From contig JBAJNM010000001.1 in the NCBI GenBank assembly GCA_036881865.1, forward strand, positions 22,847 to 86,846: 64,000 nucleotides of DNA, given 5' to 3'. Positions 37,184-45,829 of this stretch are shown here, one piece after another. A program made the translations under genes and the position numbers. The DNA is from Parvularculales bacterium (GTDB taxonomy: Bacteria > Pseudomonadota > Alphaproteobacteria > JAPOUT01 > JBAJNM01). Below the pieces are notes generated by a model. It made no database searches, had not been told where the DNA came from, and was given only the letters and a program-made list of their open reading frames with translations. Every line of letters starts with the position of its first letter. Positions within the stretch are counted from its first letter, which is position 1.

Positions 37184-37852
37184 CTAATTTCGCTGCATCG
37201 CTTGTTCACGCAGTTGTGCTACTATTTTTTTCACCTGCTTAAAAGCATAATCAAGCCCCTGACTACTATCTACAATATAATCAGCCCGCTCCCGTTTTTC
37301 TTCATCAGGCATTTGAAGAGCTAAGATAGACTCGAACTTCTCCTCCGTCATACCCTCCCGCACCAAAGCCCGCTCTCGTTGCATATCAGCAGGTGCACTT
37401 ACCACAACCACAGCCTCAACCCTTTCCTCCCCTCCAGTTTCAAACAACAAAGGAATATCCATAACCACCAGCGCCTGAGCTTGCGATATAGCGGTTTTTA
37501 AAAAATCACGCCGACCCGCCTCAACAAAAGGGTGAACAATGTCCTCAAGACGGCTGACCGCCACTTTATCTCCCAAAACCAATTTCGAAAGCACCACCCT
37601 GTCAATCCCCCCACCTGCATCCACAACGCCCGGAAAGGCAGCAGCGATAGCCGTGACAGCCGCTCCACCCGGGGCATACAACTCTCCCACCACCGCATCA
37701 GCATCGTACACCGGAACCCCGAGACTCTGAAACATTTTAGCCGTTTCCGACTTGCCCATTGCAATAGAGCCGGTCAACCCCACAACAAAGGGACGACCGG
37801 ACAAAGGACGAAACGTAGAAGTAGAAGACGGCATAAGACTCTGTTCTATCAC
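37184..37852 (-). CDS. coaE: dephospho-CoA kinase
   Basis: P-loop VGLTGSIAMGKS. Confidence 0.9.
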   Translation of the reverse strand: MIEQSLMPSSTSTFRPLSGRPFVVGLTGSIAMGKSETAKMFQSLGVPVYDADAVVGELYAPGGAAVTAIAAAFPGVVDAGGGIDRVVLSKLVLGDKVAVSRLEDIVHPFVEAGRRDFLKTAISQAQALVVMDIPLLFETGGEERVEAVVVVSAPADMQRERALVREGMTEEKFESILALQMPDEEKRERADYIVDSSQGLDYAFKQVKKIVAQLREQAMQRN

Positions 37853-38724
37853 AAAGATAGACGATCGATAATATGGCGTCTCAACTCTTCTGTGACCTCA
37901 GGGTGCACTCCGAACCATGCCTCAAACCCAGGCACCGCTTGATGCAACAACATACCCAAGCCGTCTACCACCCTAAGACCTCTAGCCGCCGCCGCCTGCA
38001 AAAGGGGTGTTTCAAGTGGCGTATAAACAACGTCACAAACCACTGCTTCCCGAGGTAGCATCGCAATATCGAACTCAAGGGGCGGGGCACCTGTCATACC
38101 CAACGTGCTGGTGTTAACCAAAAGGCTGGCGTTGGTAAGACAAGAAGATAAGCGCTCTTTATCACCAAAGGACAAGACGTCCCCTGCCACCCCTAAATCA
38201 TCCATAATTGCTTGACCCTTAGAAAGGGTACGATTGACCACAGAAAAAAATGACACGCCAGAATCCGCTAAAGCCCCGATAACCGCCCGCGCCGCACCGC
38301 CTGCTCCTATAATAACCACCGGCCCTACCTGCCATGTTGGGGTCTGGCTTTGAAGCCCTGCTATAAACCCGACCCCGTCTGTATTGTACCCTATCACATT
38401 ATCGTGGGTAAAAACGAGAGTGTTAACCGCCCCCAAATGGTGGGCAGCTTTGTCCAATTTTCCATATTTTTGCACATAATCAAAAACTGCTATTTTGTGA
38501 GGAACCGTTACATTAACCCCCGCATAGTCTTGTGCACGCATATCATTCAAAGCGCTTTCTATGTCATCAGGTTTTATGGCGATGGCCTCGTAACGTCCCT
38601 GAGTTATGCCATAAGTGCGCAACCAAAATTGATGAATAAGAGGTGAGCGGCTATGCTCTATAGGCCAACCTATAACCCCTGCTCGTATTTCTGCCGCATT
38701 ATTCTTATTCACTACATCAGGCAC
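37849..38724 (-). CDS. aroE: shikimate dehydrogenase
   Basis: GVIGWPIEHSRSP substrate motif and GAGGAARAV NADP motif. Confidence 0.9.
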   Translation of the reverse strand: MPDVVNKNNAAEIRAGVIGWPIEHSRSPLIHQFWLRTYGITQGRYEAIAIKPDDIESALNDMRAQDYAGVNVTVPHKIAVFDYVQKYGKLDKAAHHLGAVNTLVFTHDNVIGYNTDGVGFIAGLQSQTPTWQVGPVVIIGAGGAARAVIGALADSGVSFFSVVNRTLSKGQAIMDDLGVAGDVLSFGDKERLSSCLTNASLLVNTSTLGMTGAPPLEFDIAMLPREAVVCDVVYTPLETPLLQAAAARGLRVVDGLGMLLHQAVPGFEAWFGVHPEVTEELRRHIIDRLSL

Positions 38725-39383
38725 TATGAACCCACCACCCCCCGATGACGTAAGGCCTCCAGCAGTGGCAAGAGGGGGAATCCTAAAACTGTAAAATAAC
38801 TGCCTTCAATTTTGTCAAAAAGCTGAACGCCCACGCCCTCCAGATGATAACAGCCAACACTACCTAGAATATCCTCCCCGACTCTCTCTAAATATTCCTC
38901 TAAGAAACCATCACTAACTAAGCGCATAGTCAGCACAGCTCGGTCACAAAAACGCCATTCTATCATGCCAGCTCGAGCTATAACTACAGCACTATAGAGT
39001 TCATGAGAGCGACCTCGCAACGCCTCCAGCGTACGCCGTGCGCCTGCCATATCTTTGGCTTTGTCAAAAAAATCACCTTCACACCATAAAATCTGGTCGG
39101 CTCCAATGACAAAAGAAGCCGGCTCTTCACTACTGACCGCTAGCGCTTTAGCTTCAGCTAATGCGCTCGCCAAAGTTTTAGGGGCAACCCCCTCAAGTTG
39201 ATCCTTTATCGCAGCCTCATCAACGCCAGATGCCTGCACGGTGCATATTAGCCCTGCACTCTCAGCAAGTCGTCTGCGGCTTACGCTGGTGGATGCCAAA
39301 ATCAAAGGCACACTCCTATCAAGGTGCATAATCTTCCTGACGCTTTGAGTACAAATCAAGTATGGCGGCTGCAGTCTCCTCAA
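38724..39383 (-). CDS. maf: Maf-like nucleoside triphosphate pyrophosphatase
   Basis: LILASTSVSRRRL N-terminus. Confidence 0.87.
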   Translation of the reverse strand: MRRLQPPYLICTQSVRKIMHLDRSVPLILASTSVSRRRLAESAGLICTVQASGVDEAAIKDQLEGVAPKTLASALAEAKALAVSSEEPASFVIGADQILWCEGDFFDKAKDMAGARRTLEALRGRSHELYSAVVIARAGMIEWRFCDRAVLTMRLVSDGFLEEYLERVGEDILGSVGCYHLEGVGVQLFDKIEGSYFTVLGFPLLPLLEALRHRGVVGS

Positions 39384-40152
39384 CCGAGCGGCGGGTCACA
39401 TCAATCACCGCCCATCCCCAGCGCGTAAAAAGTCGACGCGCATCCTGCACTTCATCATTTACTAGATCTTTATCTACGTAATTGGTTTGTCGGTTTTCTA
39501 CTAAAACCGACATGCGATTGCGCCTCACCTCAATCAAGCGTTCCGGATTTGTTGTTAACCCCACTATGAGAGGATGCTTAACCTCCCCGAGGATAGGGTC
39601 TAGTGGAATTCCCGGTACAATAGGTACATTAGCTGCCCGAATACCTCGATGAGCCAGATACATGCAGGTTGGAGTTTTTGACGTGCGGCTAACTCCCACG
39701 AGGATAACATCAGCTTCGTTTAAGGTCTCAGTCATCTGTCCGTCATCGTGAGCGATGGTATAATCAAGAGCCGCCATACGTTTAAAATATTCTGAATTCA
39801 TAACATGTTGACCTCCCGGGCGATGAGTAGACTCGCTACCTAGGTAGTGACCAAGAGCTTCAATAGCTGGGTCCAGAACTGATACATGAGGTATAGACAG
39901 AATATGGCATTGGCTTTCCAGTTGACGGCGCAAGTTATTATCAACCAGTGTGTACATAACCATACCGGGTTTTTCTTGAATAGCAGAACACACTCGCTCT
40001 AGTTGACGAGCACTCCTCACAAGAACATGAACGTGTTCAACGGGGTTCGCCATATCATATTGGGCACATGCAGCGCGAGCTATGGTATTGAGCGTTTCAC
40101 CAGTTGAGTCCGATATAAGATGGAGGTGAAAGATATCCTTATTATCAGACAT
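39319..40152 (-). CDS. pyruvate, phosphate dikinase regulatory protein (DUF299 kinase/phosphotransferase)
   Basis: FHLHLISDSTGET and P-loop GVSRTSKTPTCMYLA. This is the DUF299 gene that flanks the origin in Caulobacter. Confidence 0.87.
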   Translation of the reverse strand: MSDNKDIFHLHLISDSTGETLNTIARAACAQYDMANPVEHVHVLVRSARQLERVCSAIQEKPGMVMYTLVDNNLRRQLESQCHILSIPHVSVLDPAIEALGHYLGSESTHRPGGQHVMNSEYFKRMAALDYTIAHDDGQMTETLNEADVILVGVSRTSKTPTCMYLAHRGIRAANVPIVPGIPLDPILGEVKHPLIVGLTTNPERLIEVRRNRMSVLVENRQTNYVDKDLVNDEVQDARRLFTRWGWAVIDVTRRSVEETAAAILDLYSKRQEDYAP

Positions 40153-40644
40153 AAAAATAATAACTTTCGAATACTAGAGCCTCTATGAAGTGGGAAAACA
40201 TAGTTAATATCAAGTTAATAAACTGTACATTTTATAGTCGGAGGACCTCAATTCAAAAACAGTTAGAATATGTCCTCTGTTCTCCCTTACTTTTTTCCAC
40301 CGGAAAAAATACATATCCAGCCTTTACGGAATAATGTGGAGAAGAATAATTCACGATTATAGCATATTTTCCCACATCTCTCTTTTAATTATTGGCTCCA
40401 TTAATCAATGAAATAGACAAGAGAACATATGAAAATCATCGTGTAAGTTTCCATCTACGCCTATTGTCCACATAGTTCTAAAATACTTAAGACTTCTTTT
40501 AAACATGAGAAGCCGTAACTTCGCTGTACACAAGTTCAGGAGAATTTATGATATACACATGACCCACAGGGATTCACATCTATCTACTCCTTATATTATA
40601 AGACTCTATATATTACAAAGGAGATAAACAGATAACAAGGAAAC
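40153..40644. other. candidate chromosomal replication origin (oriC) in the AT-rich hemE/DUF299 intergenic region
   Basis: About 33% GC against about 50% in the flanks. TTAATATCAAGTTAA (TTAA-N7-TTAA, 40204-40218). DnaA-box-like 9-mers TTGTCCACA (40464-40472), TGACCCACA (40560-40568) and TTCTCCACA (complement of 40336-40344). Confidence 0.6.
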
Positions 40645-41703
40645 ATGACAGAACATTATCTAAACAATACAAAACATTTTCATTCTGTTTTCTCAGATGA
40701 AATTAATTTTTCAAGACCTCCACCGGTATGGTTTATGAGACAAGCAGGGCGCTACTTACCGGAATACAAATCATTACGCGCACAAGCAAAAGATTTTCTG
40801 GATTTTTGTTTTACTCCCTCTCTTGCAGCAGAAGCAACTTTGCAGCCTATTAGGAGATTTAATTTTGATGCAGCTATTCTCTTTGCAGATATTCTTCTTG
40901 TTCCATATGCGTTAGGACAGTCTGTACGTTTTGAAGAAAACATTGGGCCTGTTCTTGAATCTCTTAGCGGTAACCCAACCCTTCTCAGTAGATTGTCTCC
41001 TGATAATGTCATGGGATGTCTTGACTGTGTTTATGAGACAGTATCTCGTGTAAAATCAGAGCTTCCATCTGATGTTGCTCTGATTGGTTTTGCCGGTGCG
41101 CCGTGGACGGTTGCCACTTATATGATTGGTGGGAGAAGCACAAAGGACCGTGCTCCTGCTCTTGCATATGCTTCTAGGAAACCACAGGAGTTAACCTTTT
41201 TATTAGATATGTTGGTTGAGGCCACGGTTCCTTATCTTGAAGGACAGATAAAAGCAGGCGCTGAGGTTATTCAGTTGTTTGACACGTGGGCAGGGGATTT
41301 ATCAGAATTTGATTTTGAGTCTTATGTTATCAAGCCTACTGCTGAGATTGTTCGACGGCTTAGAAGTAAATACCCTCATGTGGATATAATTGGATTTCCT
41401 CGTGGGGTTGGTAATCTCTATGTGGACTATGTCAAACGGACTGGTGTTTCGGGGATTAGTATTGATGCTAGTGTTGAACCTTCATGGGCGGCACAGCATC
41501 TTTGTCCTTTAGGAGTGGTTCAGGGTAATATTGACCCTGAGGTGGTGGTACTGGGGGGTGAGGTGATGGAGGCCAGCGTTGCTAGATTGCGAGAAACCCT
41601 TTATGGGTTGCGTTTTATTGCAGGCCTTGGCCATGGTATTCTACCTCACACACCACCAGAGCATGTAGCAGAACTGGTAGATGAGATAAGACGTATGCCA
41701 TGA
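40645..41703 (+). CDS. hemE: uroporphyrinogen decarboxylase
   Basis: PVWFMRQAGRYLPEY URO-D signature. Confidence 0.93.
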   Translation: MTEHYLNNTKHFHSVFSDEINFSRPPPVWFMRQAGRYLPEYKSLRAQAKDFLDFCFTPSLAAEATLQPIRRFNFDAAILFADILLVPYALGQSVRFEENIGPVLESLSGNPTLLSRLSPDNVMGCLDCVYETVSRVKSELPSDVALIGFAGAPWTVATYMIGGRSTKDRAPALAYASRKPQELTFLLDMLVEATVPYLEGQIKAGAEVIQLFDTWAGDLSEFDFESYVIKPTAEIVRRLRSKYPHVDIIGFPRGVGNLYVDYVKRTGVSGISIDASVEPSWAAQHLCPLGVVQGNIDPEVVVLGGEVMEASVARLRETLYGLRFIAGLGHGILPHTPPEHVAELVDEIRRMP

Positions 41704-41712
41704 GGGGAAACC

Positions 41713-42801
41713 GTGAGCGCCCAACTAAGTAAGAAAGGGGAAAAAGAGAGATGGGCAGTTGTTCTGCTTAATTTGGGCGGACCGGATAGTCTTAAATCTG
41801 TGCGTCCATTTCTGTTTAATTTATTCAGAGATAGGGCAATTATCCGTGCGCCGACTTTAGTGAGGTTGCCCCTTGCGTGGTTGATTTCAACACGCCGTGC
41901 TCCCGTAGCCCGCGCTATATACGAAGAGATAGGTGGACGCTCTCCTATTTTGAAAGAGACTCAGGCTCAGGCCCAGTCCCTTGAATCTCACATAACAGAA
42001 GAAGTAAACAACGTAAAAATCCGCGCGTTTATTGCCATGCGATATTGGCATCCCCGCGCCTATGAAACGGCACAAGCGGTGGCCGCCTTCAAACCTGACC
42101 GCCTTATTGTGTTGCCATTATATCCACATTATTCAACCACCACCACGGAATCCTCTCTACAAGACTGGAATAAAGCTGCTTACAGTGCAGGCCTTAACAT
42201 TCCCACTCATGATATTCATATTGTGTGTTGCTATCCCGAAGAGCCGGATTTCATAATTGCCCATGCTGAACTCATAGTCCCCCATCTTGCCGTTTCTCCT
42301 GAAAGTAACACTCGCCTTTTATTTTCAGCACACGGTTTGCCAGAGAGAATTGTGGCCGCCGGTGATCCCTATCCCCACCAAATGAGAAAGACGTGTGAGA
42401 GCGTTATTAAAGCCTTGAGGTCATTAAGAGCAGGTTCCCCTGACCCGGAATGGAAACTTTGTTATCAAAGTCGGGTAGGACCCCTTGCATGGATTGGTCC
42501 CTATACGGAAGATGAGATTATCCGTGCGTCTAATGAGAAAAAAAATATTGTCATAGCTCCTATATCTTTTGTTTCAGAGCATTCTGAAACCCTTGTGGAA
42601 CTGGATATTGAATATAAACATTTGGCCGACGCTCATGGGGCTGCAAGCTACCGACGCGTACCGGCCTTGGGGACAAATCCGGCGTTTATAAAAGCTTTAG
42701 GGAGTCTTGTCAGGCGTGCGGTCAAGAAAGAAGGGTTAATGTGCCCTGAAGATACGCCAGGCTTTCCCTGTGCAGCGGATGCTCTACAGGCTGTGTTATG
42801 A
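41713..42801 (+). CDS. hemH: ferrochelatase
   Basis: VLLNLGGPDS N-terminus and the FSAHGLP motif. Confidence 0.93.
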   Translation: MSAQLSKKGEKERWAVVLLNLGGPDSLKSVRPFLFNLFRDRAIIRAPTLVRLPLAWLISTRRAPVARAIYEEIGGRSPILKETQAQAQSLESHITEEVNNVKIRAFIAMRYWHPRAYETAQAVAAFKPDRLIVLPLYPHYSTTTTESSLQDWNKAAYSAGLNIPTHDIHIVCCYPEEPDFIIAHAELIVPHLAVSPESNTRLLFSAHGLPERIVAAGDPYPHQMRKTCESVIKALRSLRAGSPDPEWKLCYQSRVGPLAWIGPYTEDEIIRASNEKKNIVIAPISFVSEHSETLVELDIEYKHLADAHGAASYRRVPALGTNPAFIKALGSLVRRAVKKEGLMCPEDTPGFPCAADALQAVL

Positions 42802-43256
42802 GCGCTGTTGTAACGTTTCTTGAGAACTCGTATGTATGGCTTAAGGCTTTTCATGTAATCGCTGTTGTGTTTTGGATGGCGGCGTTGTTTTATTTGCCGA
42901 GGTTGTTTGTCTACCACGCAGAAGCGGGGGATGATGCCGTACGTGGTGTGGCGTTTAAAACTATGGAGAGGCGTCTGCGACGCGGCATTATGACTCCGGC
43001 TATGATAGTTGCGTGGCTCTTAGGGGGTCTGCTTTTAGTGGCCGGAGGATTTAGTGTTTTTGGAGAGGGTTGGTTTTGTCTGAAAATCATTTTTTTATTG
43101 GGGTTAACAGGGTTTCATGGTTTTTTAGCTCGTTGTCGGCGGGGTTTTGAGAGAGATGCCAATCGTTACAGTCCCCTTTTTTACCGTTTTGTTAACGAAG
43201 TGCCACCACTTTTAGCAATCTTTGTTATTGTTTTGGCTATTGTGCGTCCTTTTTGA
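42798..43256 (+). CDS. hemJ: protoporphyrinogen oxidase HemJ (UPF0093/CopD-like)
   Basis: KAFHVIAVVFWMAALFYLPRLFVYH segment. Four TM helices. Follows hemH. Confidence 0.8.
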   Translation: MSAVVTFLENSYVWLKAFHVIAVVFWMAALFYLPRLFVYHAEAGDDAVRGVAFKTMERRLRRGIMTPAMIVAWLLGGLLLVAGGFSVFGEGWFCLKIIFLLGLTGFHGFLARCRRGFERDANRYSPLFYRFVNEVPPLLAIFVIVLAIVRPF

Positions 43257-43575
43257 GCATGCAAACAATATCGCGCTCTAGGTTGCAGTTTTCCTCTGTA
43301 TTTTTTGCTTGCAACAAGACTTTCATCATTATATAAAGGGGATACCTAACTGGTAAACAAAAGCCGTTCTGATTTGCGCTTTGGATACCTTTCATAATCT
43401 TCTTTATCTGTTTTCCTTGACGTCAAGCTTCTGTGCGAAAAGCATGTGCTAGGCGACATGCGTCCGGCAGGATGCTTAGAGGTCAGATTATCCCCCTATT
43501 GTCATCGGCACATTAGTGCTACGCCCCTAAAAATTTTCCCCACAACATACCTTAAATTATAAGTGAGGCACCATT

Positions 43576-44844
43576 ATGCAGAAAATGAAACTGCAAGAAC
43601 TAAAGGCCAAACAACCAACAGAACTCCTAGCTTTTGCCGAAGAACTGGAAATTGAAAATGCCAGTGCCCTGCGTAAACAGGATATGATATTTGCCATATT
43701 AAAAAAACTGGCCGAACAGGAGGTTAGTATTTTCAGTGAGGGTGTTGTTGAGGTTGTGCAAGACGGCTTTGGATTTTTGCGCTCAAAGGAAGCCAACTAT
43801 TTACCCGGTCCTGATGATATCTACATAAGTCCCAATCTGGTAAGGCGGTTTTCATTGCGCACAGGTGATACGGCAGAAGGAGAAATCACCGCGCCTCGCG
43901 ATGGAGAGCGTTATTTTGCCTTAAACAAGGTAACCTCTATCAATTTTGAAGACCCTGAAAAAACCCGCCATAAAATCCATTTTGACAATCTAACGCCTTT
44001 GTATCCCGATGAGGGAGTGGTCATGGAGATTGATAATACCGATGATAAAAAAGATTTATCAACCCGCGTCATTGATATTGTAGCCCCTCTGGGCAAGGGA
44101 CAGCGTGCCCTTATTGTAGCCCCCCCCCGCACCGGCAAAACAGTTCTTCTGCAAAACATAGCTCACTCAATTACGGCTAATCACCCGGAATGTTATCTGA
44201 TTGTGTTGTTGATTGACGAGCGTCCGGAAGAGGTGACTGATATGCAACGCTCTGTTCAGGGGGAGGTTATCTCGTCCACGTTTGACGAGCCTGCCACCCG
44301 TCACGTGCAAGTAGCGGAAATGGTCATCGAAAAAGCCAAACGCCTTGTGGAGCATGGTCGTGATGTTGTTATTTTGTTGGATAGCATCACCCGTTTAGGG
44401 AGAGCCTATAATACGGTGGTGCCTTCTTCCGGTAAGGTGTTGACCGGTGGTGTGGATGCCAATGCTTTGCAACGCCCAAAGAGGTTTTTTGGGGCGGCCC
44501 GTAACATAGAAGAGGGGGGATCCTTGACGATTGTATCCACAGCGCTGATTGACACAGGCTCTCGTATGGACGAGGTGATTTTTGAAGAGTTCAAGGGAAC
44601 CGGTAATTCAGAACTGGTGCTAGACCGAAAGGTAGCGGACAAGCGTGTGTTTCCGTCAATTGATATCCTCAAATCAGGCACCCGTAAGGAGGAGTTACTG
44701 GTGGACAAAGCAGCTCTTCAGAAAATGTACATTTTGCGCCGGATTCTTAATCCTATGGGATCGGTGGATGCTATTGAATTTCTGCTGGATAAACTCCGCT
44801 CTACCAAGACTAACAATGAGTTCTTTGACTCTATGAATACATGA
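43576..44844 (+). CDS. rho: transcription termination factor Rho
   Basis: 422 aa with RNA-binding OB domain, Walker A and Q/R loops. Confidence 0.97.
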   Translation: MQKMKLQELKAKQPTELLAFAEELEIENASALRKQDMIFAILKKLAEQEVSIFSEGVVEVVQDGFGFLRSKEANYLPGPDDIYISPNLVRRFSLRTGDTAEGEITAPRDGERYFALNKVTSINFEDPEKTRHKIHFDNLTPLYPDEGVVMEIDNTDDKKDLSTRVIDIVAPLGKGQRALIVAPPRTGKTVLLQNIAHSITANHPECYLIVLLIDERPEEVTDMQRSVQGEVISSTFDEPATRHVQVAEMVIEKAKRLVEHGRDVVILLDSITRLGRAYNTVVPSSGKVLTGGVDANALQRPKRFFGAARNIEEGGSLTIVSTALIDTGSRMDEVIFEEFKGTGNSELVLDRKVADKRVFPSIDILKSGTRKEELLVDKAALQKMYILRRILNPMGSVDAIEFLLDKLRSTKTNNEFFDSMNT

Positions 44845-44903
44845 AAGCGCTGATAATTACCACGACTATGGGTAGCGTTGTAGGCTAGTGCTAGTTACGG
44901 TTT

Positions 44904-45623
44904 GTGCTGGACAAACAAGCCTTATCTGGAAATAATAGGGAACAGTGTCTAAAGCGGAGCATGGAGTCCGTAGAAACCAGAGAAGGAGTATCCATCATGG
45001 TTAGCAATGTCTCTTACCCCTCTTCTGTATCCTCCCCTGTTGATTCCAAGGAGCGTGCAGTCTTTACTGCCATGGATCATAGTACGGCGGAAGATTGGAT
45101 GAAAATAGGTGCCGCCGCCCATCCCTTTCAGGCGGGGCTTGCTGATAGAGTTTTATCTCATCTTAAATTACTGGATGGTGATTTCGGGGGTTTTGCCGTT
45201 GACCGGTTAACTCACTCGCTACAATCGGCGACATTGGCTCACAAGGCAGGTAAGGATGAGGAATATGTTGTGTGTGCGTTGTTGCACGATATGGGCGACA
45301 CGCTAGGATGTTATAATCATGCCGATATTGCTGCAGCTGTCTTGAAGCCGTTTGTTTCAGAGAAAAACCATTGGATGGTTGAGAAGCACGGTATCTTTCA
45401 AGGCTATTATTTTTTCCATCATCTGGGTCTTGACCGGGAAATGCGCGAACAGTTTAGAGGCCATCCTCATTTTGAGTATACGGCGCAGTTTTGTCATTTA
45501 TATGATCAAAACGCGTTTGACCCATCGTATGAAACTATGCCGTTGTCAGCTTTCGAGCCGATGGTGAAACGGGTTTTTGAGCGTCCTAAAAACAGCATCT
45601 ACAAACGCGAAGCAGCTGAATAG
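44904..45623 (+). CDS. HD-domain protein (PhnZ/MIOX-like metal-dependent phosphohydrolase/oxygenase family)
   Basis: His/Asp ligand motifs (HSLQSA...LLHDMGD...H...H). The start is possibly the internal MDHSTAEDW. Confidence 0.65.
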   Translation: MLDKQALSGNNREQCLKRSMESVETREGVSIMVSNVSYPSSVSSPVDSKERAVFTAMDHSTAEDWMKIGAAAHPFQAGLADRVLSHLKLLDGDFGGFAVDRLTHSLQSATLAHKAGKDEEYVVCALLHDMGDTLGCYNHADIAAAVLKPFVSEKNHWMVEKHGIFQGYYFFHHLGLDREMREQFRGHPHFEYTAQFCHLYDQNAFDPSYETMPLSAFEPMVKRVFERPKNSIYKREAAE

Positions 45624-45650
45624 CAAGCCGTTTTATAGCATCAAGTAAGC

Positions 45651-45692
45651 AAGGCCGGACTCAGGAAATATGAGGCTGGCCTTTATTACTTT
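45651..45692 (+). terminator. possible intrinsic terminator after the HD-domain gene
   Basis: AAGGCCGGACTCA-ggaaata-TGAGGCTGGCCTT hairpin followed by TATTACTTT. Confidence 0.4.
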
Positions 45693-45829
45693 AGTAAGAG
45701 GATATTTGAGTTCCTAAATACAGATAACCAATACAATCTTGGGGAGATGTAAAGAGTGGTCGTGAATATGAACGGTTGGCATCGTGTAAGCTACACAAGA
45801 CAATAAAAAACTAGGAAACTCTCTATAAA

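Noticed and set aside
40244-40280. GAGGAC...GTCCTC inverted repeat in the origin region
   Set aside because: The stem is only 6 bp and the loop 25 nt. This is not distinguishable from chance in AT-rich DNA.
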